The notes below the pieces were generated by a model. It saw only the letters and a program-made list of their open reading frames with translations. It was not told the origin of the DNA and made no database searches. A stretch of DNA of 64,000 nt, taken from positions 124,001 through 188,000 of the IMG/VR virus record IMGVR_UViG_3300043399_000877; one strand, given 5' to 3'. Below, one piece after another: positions 39,899 through 50,700 of the stretch (position 1 is the stretch's first letter; each line of letters begins with the position of its first letter). Made by a program: the position numbers and the translations under genes.

Positions 39899-40363
39899 TT
39901 ATTCAACTCCCACATGCTCGTTTGATAGTTTTTCTTCTGCTGCGGCCCACACGTCAAAAACGCTGTTGCTTTCTGCACGTATTTGTATTCGATCTCCATT
40001 TGCCGCATTTGGGTCACGCTTAAACAAGCTGCGTCCCTGTAACGGTATAAATGCTGTGTCGCCGGCTGGTACCTTTGCTCTGCCCAACTCAACAGTCACA
40101 CCGTCTTCAGTTAATAATATAACTTCAATCCATTTTGTCACACTATCTTTATTTCTGGCCGATAACGGTGTTAAAAAGAAAACTTCTCCCGGTCTAATTG
40201 CGCGGGCCTCGTCAACAGGGTCGCGTGTTGAAAACTTTGTGGAAGCATCCGGTACACTAAAATCCGGTGCTTCGGCAATTGTTGTATAACTGGTTGTAAC
40301 ATTTATCATACTTACTCTTATAGGTTTTCCAGTACTGGGTGTCCTGCATGTAATCCTTGCCAT
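39899..40363 (-). CDS. Small beta-rich hypothetical virion protein (paralog of 57855-58208)
   Basis: Shares ...VPAGD..IP..GR..L..GDR(I/L)..AE pattern and position with 57855-58208. Confidence 0.65.
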   Translation of the reverse strand: MARITCRTPSTGKPIRVSMINVTTSYTTIAEAPDFSVPDASTKFSTRDPVDEARAIRPGEVFFLTPLSARNKDSVTKWIEVILLTEDGVTVELGRAKVPAGDTAFIPLQGRSLFKRDPNAANGDRIQIRAESNSVFDVWAAAEEKLSNEHVGVE

Positions 40364-40366
40364 ATT

Positions 40367-42919
40367 TTAAAAACTCCTTGCGATTGCAGCACGAGTTGCA
40401 ATCCTGTTAACTGATTGTTCAAAAGGCGGGCCAGTAAGCTCACCGGTGTCAGCATCTATTTTCATACCACCGATAAAGAGAGCCGATCCCTGATCGTCTT
40501 GTCCGCTAGCAATAACTATCCCGTTGTTTAATTCTAGAATGCTTTCTTCGATAGTTGCAAAATTTCTTGCAGGCGGTATTTTGGTAAGTGCGACACCTGC
40601 CATGATGCCGGTCCAAGTGTGTCCTATTGCAGTAATAGTTGACGGCTCTGAAACCAATGTTGGATCTAATACTGTTTGTGTTAACGCGGAAACCAAAGCA
40701 GTTACAATAGTATCAGCTGCACTACCAACACCGGCTAATGCGTTTACTTGGTCTCGTAAATATTCCCAACTATAAATAAAAGCCCCTAAAAGACTTTGAT
40801 TTTCTAAATTAAGATAACGTAACACTGACCTTGCTATAGCGCGACTGTTTGCGGTTATTGTTGTAAAACTAGTCCTAAATTCAGCATCCGGCCAACTTGT
40901 GCTGGGTGAAACTTTAATCGGAGGTTCACCGTCAGTAGCTATTGTGTTTATAATATTATCCATTCTAGCTTGCGCAAACGCTGCTGCCGCACTACTACCA
41001 GCAGTACCGCTGGTATCTTGAGACCCGGTATTTCCACTACTTTTTGTTATAGATATTCCTTGAAGAATGTCACCTAGTATATTTTTTAGTCTTTGAAATG
41101 CAGCAATTGTTGGGAATTTTTCATCTGTACCAAATTGCCCTGTGGTTCCCACATAATAAGCCATAGCAGCATTATATGTTTCCAAATTGCCACCATAAGT
41201 AAGATCGTATCTTAATGCGTCAATAATGAATCCAACGTCTCTGCGACATGCTGCACTGTTATAAGTAAAACTACTACTAAACGGGCTTATGTTTCCGGCC
41301 ACTTGCACCGCAATCCATGCATCTATTTCATCTTGAATAAATGTCTTATTTGCAAGCAACAGCCGTCTAGCATTAAAATAGCCAGTATCGTATCCTGTGG
41401 GATCAGTTAAAACAAATGCGTTTGCGTTTGCTTCTCCGTTGGTTATAATGTCTATAATTTCATCAAAAAGCGCATTTGCGCGAGTAAGCGAGGTACCACT
41501 TAAATAGCTACCAAATACTGATTTTTGCTCAGCTAGTGCTAATAGTGTGTTTGCTTTTTGGTTTGTTAACACTTCGCTAGCATTTGCACGATAGTATGCT
41601 AATGCACTTTTTATACTTCTAAAATTGCTGTTGAATAGCAGATCATAAACTACTGCTTCATTGATGAGCAATGTATCCCTAAAACATTTGTCATAGTCGT
41701 AATTGGCTGCTGTAAAAGTTCTGTTTCCCTGTGTATCAAAAAATCCCCGTGCAAAATCCAACATGGGTTTTTCATTTGCAGTGCTTAGTGTCCAACTTAA
41801 TGCTTGTAGGAACAATCCTGCATCGCGTTCGGTAGTTGCTTCATAGTCAGCTGGCCAATTGGTAGTAAAACCTTGGGAGTCTAGTTCAGATATCAAATTA
41901 GAAATTATAGTAGTTTTTGCTGCATCAATAGCGGTGCTGGCCGCAGATTGTGCTGTAAGAGTAATGGCCACTTCTGTTGGGTTTACTAGATTTCGGGTAC
42001 CACTAGAAACCATTGTATAGTCGCCAAACTGTGTTGAACAACTTGATAATATTATTTGTCCACCGCCTAATGCATAAAAATGTCTATGACACCACATGCT
42101 TACAGCATTAACAGCATTGATTAGTGCGCCATTTTTAGCACAATAACCAATTCCGTTATGTGTCACAGGCGTTGCGCCCCAGGTCATTATGTTGGGGAAT
42201 ATACTATCAGGATCGAGAACACTTGCATCGGCCAGTACTACTCCAGCGCCGCGGCCTACCAATGGGTTAGCGTTTTCACGATCTAATGGTGGGGCTATGC
42301 TGGTCCAGTATGGTGGTGTTCTAACTACAATTTTGTGAACGTATGGTACTCGGGTAATTCTGGCGCCGGGACGAAAACAAATCGCGAATCCTTCAGTTGG
42401 ATTATCCATGTCATCAAGGCGCCAACCTTCAAAAACAGGTCCTTCAACAAAACAACCAGAACCCAATCTAAAAACATTGCGTTCTTCGTATCCAACTTCT
42501 GGTCTTATAAAAACTGTCCGGTGTGCTGCTCTTATTACTGTGTTATCTGGAACATCCAAATGACCTTGTGTTATGTATACGCCCGGACCTATATCAATAA
42601 GAGTTAATGCTTCTCTTGCAACTGCGACTTCAAGAGCTTTTTCTATAGTTGCAAATGCGCTGCTCCAAGTATCACCACTGTTGCGATCGTTACCGGCTTT
42701 TTGAACATATAGAGTGTTCTCAATAGGAACACTTCCGGATATTTCAACAATATCTTCGTAAGTTACATTTTGCTGTAATGCTTGATCAAAATATTCTTGA
42801 TATTGTTTTAGGAACATTTTGCCATCATAGGTATTGATGGCTATTTCACCCAAATCGAGTTGTTGAATGGTAGGCACCTTGTCAGGTACCGAACTGCGAC
42901 GTAATTTAATCGTTGACAT
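40367..42919 (-). CDS. Large putative virion protein: Mtd-N-like start, beta-helix-like domain, phycobiliprotein-like helical repeats
   Basis: MSTIKLRRS..VP...LGEIAINTYDGK; LYVQKAGNDRNSG...AFATIEKAL...GPGVY; KCFRD and ACRRD repeats; C-terminus paralogous to 58215-63128. Confidence 0.8.
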   Translation of the reverse strand: MSTIKLRRSSVPDKVPTIQQLDLGEIAINTYDGKMFLKQYQEYFDQALQQNVTYEDIVEISGSVPIENTLYVQKAGNDRNSGDTWSSAFATIEKALEVAVAREALTLIDIGPGVYITQGHLDVPDNTVIRAAHRTVFIRPEVGYEERNVFRLGSGCFVEGPVFEGWRLDDMDNPTEGFAICFRPGARITRVPYVHKIVVRTPPYWTSIAPPLDRENANPLVGRGAGVVLADASVLDPDSIFPNIMTWGATPVTHNGIGYCAKNGALINAVNAVSMWCHRHFYALGGGQIILSSCSTQFGDYTMVSSGTRNLVNPTEVAITLTAQSAASTAIDAAKTTIISNLISELDSQGFTTNWPADYEATTERDAGLFLQALSWTLSTANEKPMLDFARGFFDTQGNRTFTAANYDYDKCFRDTLLINEAVVYDLLFNSNFRSIKSALAYYRANASEVLTNQKANTLLALAEQKSVFGSYLSGTSLTRANALFDEIIDIITNGEANANAFVLTDPTGYDTGYFNARRLLLANKTFIQDEIDAWIAVQVAGNISPFSSSFTYNSAACRRDVGFIIDALRYDLTYGGNLETYNAAMAYYVGTTGQFGTDEKFPTIAAFQRLKNILGDILQGISITKSSGNTGSQDTSGTAGSSAAAAFAQARMDNIINTIATDGEPPIKVSPSTSWPDAEFRTSFTTITANSRAIARSVLRYLNLENQSLLGAFIYSWEYLRDQVNALAGVGSAADTIVTALVSALTQTVLDPTLVSEPSTITAIGHTWTGIMAGVALTKIPPARNFATIEESILELNNGIVIASGQDDQGSALFIGGMKIDADTGELTGPPFEQSVNRIATRAAIARSF

Positions 42920-42956
42920 ATGCAACCCTTCTAATTTTGCTGACTATATAGTCAAG

Positions 42957-43001
42957 AAAAAGCCCTAAAGCAAATATATATGAATATTTATCTTTAGGGC
43001 T
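42957..43001 (-). terminator. 10-bp terminator hairpin with a late promoter in its 21-nt loop
   Basis: AGCCCTAAAG (42961-42970) / CTTTAGGGCT (42992-43001), U-tract after it on -, ATAAATA at 42991-42985. Confidence 0.65.
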
Positions 43002-43012
43002 AGGTTAGGGTA

Positions 43013-44608
43013 TTAATAAGTTCCGCCGTCGATCATACCAACAAATTCGCTAGCATTTATTTTTGCAAGAGCAAAACCTGAAGCAGTTCTATCAATAGTG
43101 TTTGAAGCTAGTGCAGATGTGGGAGCACCGTTGAAAACATAATATTCGCTGTTGGTTGCGTCACGGAAGAAACCAGTGTACTTTTCACCAGTGCTGCCGT
43201 AACTTCCGACAAATCCGATATCGATAGTGTCGGAAGCAGTATTACCAATTGCCAATCTTATTAATGGGTCTTCAACTTCTAAGCTTGTGGTATTTACAGT
43301 AACAGTATCACCGTTGACTATTAAGTCACCTGTGATTGTAACGTCATTGTTAAAAGTAACTGTGCTAGTACTTGCAGCACCAATTGATATTGCAGTCGCA
43401 GCGCCACCAAAGTTTATTGTAGTTGCGGTATCATTTAATAGATTAAAAGTTGTCTGGGTCGTAGTTAAATCACCACCGTTAACAGCCAAATCACCAGTTA
43501 CAACAGTATTTGCGTTGTTGATTGTAGTTGTACCAGTTGCGGCACCGATGCTTACCGATGTACCAGCACCTGCAAAGTTTACTGTAGTTGCGGTATCATT
43601 TAATAGATTAAAAGTTGTCTGGGTTGTGGTTAAATCACCACCGTTAACAGCCAAATCATTTGAAACCACAACGTTTGCTGCACCAAGAGTAATAAGTTCG
43701 CTACTGTTAGTAGTGGTTACTTTGATGTATTCGTTTGTTCCTTCTTTCAACACAAATGCCGTAGCAGTGTTGTCTTCCATAACCAATGCCAGTGATGTCA
43801 AAGAATTACCAAGTGTAGTAAGTTCACTGTTATCAGTTGTAGTTATTTTAAAATATTCGTTAACACCTTCTTTGATAACAAATGCAGTAGCAGTATTATC
43901 CGGAATAACAATACTTGTAATTGCGTTATCACCGGTTGATGTTAGTGTACCTGCTATAGTTAAGTTACCGTTTTTGTCAACACTAAACTTAGAAACTCCG
44001 CCAACTGCAAGATCAATAAGTTTTGATGTAAGTGTTGAGCTAGTGTCCGTTACATTCAACTTTATTGCTGTAAATGTTTCCGGAGTACCACCATCGTTCC
44101 AAGTAGTGGTCATATCAAGTGCTGCTATTTGAGTTGCAAGGGTTCCAGTGGTTATGCTGGTAGAGCCAGTTGCACTATCTACGGAAAATTTTGTATTGGT
44201 GCCATCTGTAACTGTTAGTAAATTGTCACCGCGTGTTGTGGATCCGGCAAACACATAATCGCCAGTACCGTTTGTGTCAAAAGTAAGATTGGCATTTGTT
44301 GCAGTTGTACTTATAGTTGACCCATTGAGGTTGATGTCGTCAACGTTAAAATTATCAATTTTACTGTTTGAATCAACAATTATTGCGCTTGACGCAGTAA
44401 GCGTTCCAGCAACATGATCAAGCATGTCAGTAAAATACTTACCACCGATTATTTGATACTCAGTATCACCTGTGCCACCGGTACCAAATAACAACTTACC
44501 GCCCAAATTGTCCTGTGCGCCCGACGCGTATGAGTAAGCAAGTTCTCCAGCTACAATAGTACCGGGAGCGGTTGTCCCAGACGTGCGTTTAATCTTAATT
44601 AGTGACAT
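43013..44608 (-). CDS. Putative fibre/baseplate structural protein with internal repeats
   Basis: MSLIKIKRTSGTTAPGTIVAGELAYSY N-terminus; Thr-rich beta repeats; ends IDGGTY. Confidence 0.75.
   Translation of the reverse strand: MSLIKIKRTSGTTAPGTIVAGELAYSYASGAQDNLGGKLLFGTGGTGDTEYQIIGGKYFTDMLDHVAGTLTASSAIIVDSNSKIDNFNVDDINLNGSTISTTATNANLTFDTNGTGDYVFAGSTTRGDNLLTVTDGTNTKFSVDSATGSTSITTGTLATQIAALDMTTTWNDGGTPETFTAIKLNVTDTSSTLTSKLIDLAVGGVSKFSVDKNGNLTIAGTLTSTGDNAITSIVIPDNTATAFVIKEGVNEYFKITTTDNSELTTLGNSLTSLALVMEDNTATAFVLKEGTNEYIKVTTTNSSELITLGAANVVVSNDLAVNGGDLTTTQTTFNLLNDTATTVNFAGAGTSVSIGAATGTTTINNANTVVTGDLAVNGGDLTTTQTTFNLLNDTATTINFGGAATAISIGAASTSTVTFNNDVTITGDLIVNGDTVTVNTTSLEVEDPLIRLAIGNTASDTIDIGFVGSYGSTGEKYTGFFRDATNSEYYVFNGAPTSALASNTIDRTASGFALAKINASEFVGMIDGGTY
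43418..43658. repeat. Near-perfect direct repeat (about 76 bp, 165-nt period) encoding DLAVNGGDLTTTQTTFNLLNDTATT
   Basis: Copies at 43418-43493 and 43583-43658. Confidence 0.85.
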
Positions 44609-44655
44609 TTTTATCTCCCAACGTGTCTTTGTATTATTTATACATTTTTATTTTT

Positions 44656-45669
44656 TTAATATACACCAGCGTCAATTATTTGTTTATTTAAAATTCGAGT
44701 AGGTACAAACTTTTTAATAGTCTGATCAAAAACTAATAATGCGCCGTCTTCAATAGTATTTTTGTCTAATTCAGCAAAGTTGTCAATAAAGCTTTCTATC
44801 GGTACTAGTTTTTCCGATAAAAATTGAAGATTTACTGCATCTGTCGCCTGTGCCGGTCTTTCAAGATTTACAATCCTTCTTCCGGATACATCTATATTTC
44901 CACCAGTTGCAGGTTCCAATTTTATATCGGTATTTGCATCTACGCTTTTTATAATGTTGTCAGTTATTAATATTCGGTGTATTCTAGTTTCATTTTGATA
45001 AAAACTAGCGGAGGTTACACCGTTTATTACAACATTTACAACCTTTTCAGTACCACCAAGCGCCACAACATACGTGTTTGGGTCGTCTACTGAAATTATA
45101 CGATCTTCGTTATCTTTAAATTCGTAAGCGGCGACATAGTCAATCAACGCTTGAGCATTTATTAAAGCATCTGGATCATAGGGGTTTGTTAACTGAGTGG
45201 AATCTATGACACCAGAATTATATCTAAATACTTGTTGTTCGTAATTGGTTGTTCCGGTGACTGTTACTATTCCAGTACCAGTTGATAGTAAGTTTAAATT
45301 TTGATTGTCGTAAGTGTTTATACTGTTTGTATAAATTCCAACAAGAGCATTGTTACTGTCTTGAACACGAAATGCCCCATACTGTATTGAGTTTGTTGAC
45401 GGATCAAGTCTTGATAGACTACTGTCATACATCATTGTCACATAATATGAAGGCGTTAGATTTACTAATACACCAAAATCAGTAACACCGTTAATTATAT
45501 CTGCATTAGTTGGATTTAATGCAATATAACTGTTATTAAAAGTGTTTGGCGGGTTTGTATCAGAGAACAGATAAGTGAAATTATCATTTACTTTTGTAAA
45601 TGCTTCATATAGGGTATCACCATCACCAGCATCTGGTGCGCTGCCCACATTTATAATCAGTTGTTCCAT
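44656..45669 (-). CDS. Baseplate wedge-associated protein with gp9/gp10-type N-terminal motif
   Basis: IINVGSAPDAGDGDTLYEAFTKVNDNF is the T4 gp9/gp10-like start; shares a domain with the N-terminus of 58215-63128. Confidence 0.65.
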   Translation of the reverse strand: MEQLIINVGSAPDAGDGDTLYEAFTKVNDNFTYLFSDTNPPNTFNNSYIALNPTNADIINGVTDFGVLVNLTPSYYVTMMYDSSLSRLDPSTNSIQYGAFRVQDSNNALVGIYTNSINTYDNQNLNLLSTGTGIVTVTGTTNYEQQVFRYNSGVIDSTQLTNPYDPDALINAQALIDYVAAYEFKDNEDRIISVDDPNTYVVALGGTEKVVNVVINGVTSASFYQNETRIHRILITDNIIKSVDANTDIKLEPATGGNIDVSGRRIVNLERPAQATDAVNLQFLSEKLVPIESFIDNFAELDKNTIEDGALLVFDQTIKKFVPTRILNKQIIDAGVY

Positions 45670-45741
45670 AGATAAATCCCATTAGAATCTGTTGTATTCT
45701 AATGTATTTATCGGAACACTGCTATATATAAAACCTGCTAT

Positions 45742-46479
45742 TTATTCAGGATAACTTGCGATTTCCCTAATTATCCGTTTTCTTGCAAAAAAATTGTTTT
45801 TTATTTCAGATTCGTTTCTTATATAAGATTTTGGAATTAAAAAAATTCCATCATAACGAGACATTTCACCATTTCCAAAAACATGCGGATAGTCAAATGC
45901 GCGTTCGTTTGGTATAAAATCAAACATAAATCCGTCGGCTACGGCGACATTATCTGGAACAGTCCAAAACATTTCAGTTGAGCTTAACGCATAGGCTTGT
46001 TCAACTGTATCAACCGCCGTTGCATGTGGATGAGACTCCAAAAGTTTTTTATAATTTTGGTTTTCTGAACTTCCTATAAAAAATAAATCAAATTTTTCTT
46101 TACCATTATATGCATCAAAAAAACCTGCAATATTTGATTTTCTTTTTGTTTCTGTTACTATACCATCCGTGGGAACTAATACGACTTCTCCCCACGACTT
46201 AACGTTTTGAGTTTCTTTAAAAACTACTGGAAATTCGTACGCAACGTTGAGTTCATTAAGTTTTGGCTTAAGCCAGTATGGAAAGAAATCTTGTAATTTT
46301 ATTCCATTTTTTACTAAAATAACAAACTCAGATTTTCCGTAAAACTCAGTTGCTTGACTATAATCTGATGTATCGTCAACGTACTTTACGGGATTCCTAG
46401 TTAGAAAAGAATTTTTTAAAACGTCAAATCCATTATATATTTTTCCATCAAAACGATTAAATTTTTGTACTGTATTCAT
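45742..46479 (-). CDS. Hypothetical protein, possibly a glycosyltransferase-like fragment
   Basis: Start refined to MNTVQKF at 46479 (overlaps upstream gene end); MFWTVPDN...YPHVF...YDGIFLIPK. Confidence 0.6.
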   Translation of the reverse strand: MNTVQKFNRFDGKIYNGFDVLKNSFLTRNPVKYVDDTSDYSQATEFYGKSEFVILVKNGIKLQDFFPYWLKPKLNELNVAYEFPVVFKETQNVKSWGEVVLVPTDGIVTETKRKSNIAGFFDAYNGKEKFDLFFIGSSENQNYKKLLESHPHATAVDTVEQAYALSSTEMFWTVPDNVAVADGFMFDFIPNERAFDYPHVFGNGEMSRYDGIFLIPKSYIRNESEIKNNFFARKRIIREIASYPE

Positions 46480-47077
46480 TTGTATCATCCAAAAGGTATA
46501 TTTTAGTGCCATAGTGTCCAACATTTTTACTAGCATCAACGTCAACATACACTGTAAAATTATTGTTGTTGGCATTCTCACAAAATACTATATCTTCACC
46601 AACTAGAGTTTCAGTGTAATTGTCCCACCGATTGAAAAACCAGGGACAGTTAATAGCTTTAAAAACACTTGTCTTTATTAAAATGCATCCAAAGCCCACA
46701 GCAAAAACCGGATGTAAACCAGATTGTGAACTTAATCTACTGTTAAAATCAGTTTCATTATCAAACGCAACACTACGCTGTGGTCGTCTTCTAGTGCTGT
46801 ATGTACATCCAACTATATCTTTATTATGTTTTTTTAAATTAAAAAATACATCTGATGGGAAATGCATATCGCTATCCAACCAAAGCGTGTATTCTGAGTC
46901 GTCAGCTATTGCTTTTTTGACCAGCTGATTTCTGCTATCAGCAATTGTAGTACCTATAATCATGTTAAGAGAAAAACTTACATTTTTTCTTGTAAGTTCA
47001 GCTGCGAGGTTTGCCAGACATATGGCAAACCCTGCCGGTATATAATCTTTAGTAGGTATACATATTGAAACTTGCAT
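46457..47077 (-). CDS. GT2-like glycosyltransferase
   Basis: ICIPT, IADSRNQLV, TLWLDSDM (DxD), AVGFGCILIK, GEDIVFC. Confidence 0.8.
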   Translation of the reverse strand: MQVSICIPTKDYIPAGFAICLANLAAELTRKNVSFSLNMIIGTTIADSRNQLVKKAIADDSEYTLWLDSDMHFPSDVFFNLKKHNKDIVGCTYSTRRRPQRSVAFDNETDFNSRLSSQSGLHPVFAVGFGCILIKTSVFKAINCPWFFNRWDNYTETLVGEDIVFCENANNNNFTVYVDVDASKNVGHYGTKIYLLDDTNEYSTKI

Positions 47078-47490
47078 CAGAGCAAATCAGAAGGCACAGT
47101 ATTAATTTGTATATTTCTTTCAACTTCGATAGTCAAATCGTTGACAGATCGAGCATACACTGTTGTATTTTTGATAACTTCTTCAAAATCTTCTTTAGGA
47201 AGATTTATGATCTGAATCATTGTTTCTGGTTGAACTTTTCCAAGAGTTAGCAAATCACTTGCTGCTAATTTAGAAAAATGTCGAATCCAATGAAGTCTAT
47301 CTTCGGATTCAAATCTTTCTAATACCGCATCTTGGGTTTCACCATCTAGAATTTCATTTAAAACTTTAGTGTATGTTGCGGGGTTTAATTCAGAATTTCC
47401 ACGCAATAGTTGAAGCTTTAATACTTTTCTGCTTTTTGTATACTCTTGTGAGAGAATTACATTTTTTAGTTCATAACTGGTTATATTCAT
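47077..47490 (-). CDS. Hypothetical protein
   Basis: 137-aa ORF with AAGGA SD, stop overlapping the next start. Confidence 0.7.
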   Translation of the reverse strand: MNITSYELKNVILSQEYTKSRKVLKLQLLRGNSELNPATYTKVLNEILDGETQDAVLERFESEDRLHWIRHFSKLAASDLLTLGKVQPETMIQIINLPKEDFEEVIKNTTVYARSVNDLTIEVERNIQINTVPSDLL

Positions 47491-47501
47491 ACTAAAAATC
47501 C

Positions 47502-47672
47502 TTATCTACCGCCAAAAGATGCACTCAAGTTTACCGTACCACCGGCAGCTATTCCAACATATGTGCCCATTGCACTCATAGTTATATCGAGTGGCGTGGC
47601 CATCACACCAACAAAATATACTCTAACATCTGCATAAAGTCTTATAGCTGTTCCAGTTGCGGGTAATGCCAT
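47502..47672 (-). CDS. Small 56-aa Gly/Ala-rich protein (not in the ORF track), possible fibre-associated subunit
   Basis: Manual translation MALPATGTAIRLYADVRVYFVGVMATPLDITMSAMGTYVGIAAGGTVNLSASFGGR*, with late-type TTAAATA upstream (47703-47697). Confidence 0.7.
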   Translation of the reverse strand: MALPATGTAIRLYADVRVYFVGVMATPLDITMSAMGTYVGIAAGGTVNLSASFGGR

Positions 47673-47714
47673 GTGTCTTTCTCGTTTCTAGTATGATATT
47701 TAAGCATTGTAGTC

Positions 47715-47741
47715 GGTTAGACCGTTAAAAACGGTCTAACC
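47715..47741. terminator. 12-bp hairpin immediately after the fibre 2 stop
   Basis: GGTTAGACCGTT-AAA-AACGGTCTAACC. Confidence 0.65.
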
Positions 47742-50700
47742 TTATTTTCCTTCTAGCCGATCTACCTTGGCTTTGAGTTCTTTAACAGCTTCAATAAGCA
47801 ACGCAGTTAGTTTTTCGTATTGTACTGTTAAATATTCTTCACCAGTTTTGCTAGTTCCAGTTTCTGGATCTATGTCAAACGGTGCATTTCTTACAGCTTC
47901 CGGTAGTACTTTGAATACTTCCTGTGCTATAACACCGACATCTCGATCTTTTCTTGGAACAAAGTCAAGTGTTTCGGCTTTTTTATGGTCCCAATCAAAA
48001 GTTACACCGCGCAGTGATGTTATTTTATCAAGAGCATTGTCAATGGTAGTTATATTGGTTTTAAGTCTTTCATCCGAACTATAAGCAGTAATTTCACCAA
48101 CTGCACTAAAGTTTCCGGTTGCACCAAACGTTGCTGCAATAGTACCAGCAGTTGTTACGTTAAACGAACCAACAGCACTTGAGAATATACCGGTATCAAC
48201 ATCACGGACTGCGAGTGCTGGTGCCGCCGCTGTTCCGGATCCCTGCAAGTATGTTCTACCAGAAGCAATCCACAATGCCCAGGAATTGGTTATAGTTGTA
48301 GGCAGGACAGCTACAGGTGCTGCATCGATTTTAACGTTTGCAGCAGTGGTTATTGTCATAGTATTAGTGCTAGTAAATGTTGGAGTACGGAATGTAGCGT
48401 GATTTCGTTGGGAAACTGTGCCACCGGCAGCCGTAGTAGTATCAGTAAACGTGCTGTTTGCCACGTTTAGTCTGACACCAGTTGCTGTATTAGTTACACC
48501 ACTGATATTTCCAGTCATATTAACTTGATCAGTAAATGCCACAGTACCGTCAGTTGCCACAGTCATAGGAATTAGCGTACCGGCACTGTCTACTTTAAAT
48601 ACTCTGAGCGTGTTAGTTGGGTCAACATCTATGTTCCAGGTGTTGTTAGTTTGTCCAGTTATTGTGTCCGCTGCACTATTTCCGTAACCAAGAACCAGTT
48701 GTCCACCGTCAGATGATGCAGCTGACCCACCACGTACAACCAGTTGTCCAGTGCCTATTATAACACCAGCCGCAAGTATAGTATTTGCGCCCGGCGGGGT
48801 TGTACCTACGCCCAAGCCGTCCGAACTACCAAACCCAGCGGTTCCACCAACTTGTAAACCACCGCTGAAGAAGTTGGAATTTTCATTTGAAACGTATATA
48901 CCCCAGCGAGACTTCCATTCCCCCTCATACACACCATAATACAAATACCCTTCCCCAGCGTTACCGGGTGCAACTATGTCGCTATCAAGTCTTGTATAAT
49001 CGCCAAATGTAGTTGACAATGTTCCACCGTCAACTTCTATCCAATTATAATTTATATATGACGTTCCAACACTTCCTGCGTCAACATTTATCTTATTGTA
49101 TGTTGAATACAGCGATGTAGTAGTTGATCCGCTTCTTGTATTTTGGCCTATGTTTTGCGATCCAATTACACTTGCTATTGTTCCGGTACCACGGTTAGTT
49201 GCCTCGTTATATCCGCCAATAAAGGTTGTACCAGCTACTGCAACGTCATTTGCGTTACCGGCAAATATTCTGTTGTATCCAGAAAATCCGCTAAGTGTAT
49301 AACTTGTAATTCCGTCGGCACCTAATAGACTTCCTTCAGTTATTGTCACATCGTTTACGATACCGTAATGAATACGGCTTGCCGAAAGAACACCGTCAGT
49401 TGTACTAACTGATGTTACCAAAGATCTTAATGATGTTGTATTAGATGATCCAGATATACTTGCATTTATAATATAATTTGTTGCCGGAAGACTATCTTTA
49501 AGACCAATGTTGCCAACTATATTTGTGTTTCCGTTTGCATCAAAGTATGCAGCCTGTGAACCACCAGTTGTTATCCCGAGTTGGTTAGTACCACTCAGAT
49601 ACATACCTGTAGAAGTATCACCTATAAAACTATATGACGGCGAGGCATTAGTCCCGCTAGATAGTCTTAATTGACCGCTTGTTGTGTTAAATCCAAGCTT
49701 TGTACTTGCCGCCAAGGCTGTTGAATCTACACCGGTGGCTGCAACAAATACTGGGAAACGTAGTCCACCGCTTGTCTCGTCAGTGGCCAATATTGTATCG
49801 CTTGGACCAGCCGTTCCGCCACTACCAGTGTATCCACGTACCCCTTGAATACCTTGACTTCCAGTGTAACCGCGGCTGCCGGTAAATCCAACCCCAGTTA
49901 TACCCTGTATACCTTGTGGACCCACAATGCCTTGAATACCTTGGCTTCCAGTGTAACCGCGGCTGCCGGTAAATCCAGCACCAGATGGTCCTTGGACCCC
50001 TTGGCTACCGGTAAATCCAGTATTTCCTTGATTTCCTTGAATTCCTTGACTACCGGTAAATCCACGACTTCCGGTGAATCCAACACCAGACGATCCTTGA
50101 ATGCCCTGGCTACCGGTAAATCCAGTATTTCCTTGAAATCCCTGAATGCCCTGACTACCAGTAAATCCACGACTTCCGGTAAATCCAGTATCACCAAGGC
50201 CGTCTGTACCTTTTATACCCTGGATACCTTGCATGCCCTGGCTACCGGTAAATCCACGACTTCCGGTAAATCCAGTGTCACCAAATCCGTTACTGCCTTG
50301 AGTACCCTGCGGTCCTTGGCGTCCTTGTATACCTTGACTTCCAGTATATCCACTGCTTCCGGTAAATCCAGTGTCACCAAATCCGTTACTGCCTTGGATA
50401 CCTTGAATACCTTGGCGTCCTTGTATACCTTGGATACCCTGACTTCCAGTAAATCCAGTTAAACCAGCACCATCTTGACCTCGTATACCTTGAATACCTT
50501 GGATACCTTGAATACCTTGGCTACCAGTAAATCCAGTTAAACCAGCACCATCTTGACCTCGTATACCTTGAATACCTTGGATGCCTTGAATACCTTGGCT
50601 ACCAGTAAATCCACGGGTTCCTGTGCCGCTTATACCCTGAATTCCTTGTAGACCTTGAATACCTTGGCTACCGGTAAATCCAGTTGAACCAACGCCATCC

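Noticed and set aside
43227-44132. 301-aa plus-strand ORF opposite the 531-aa structural gene
   Set aside because: Antisense shadow of a Thr/Asn-rich repetitive gene; no RBS or recognisable motif
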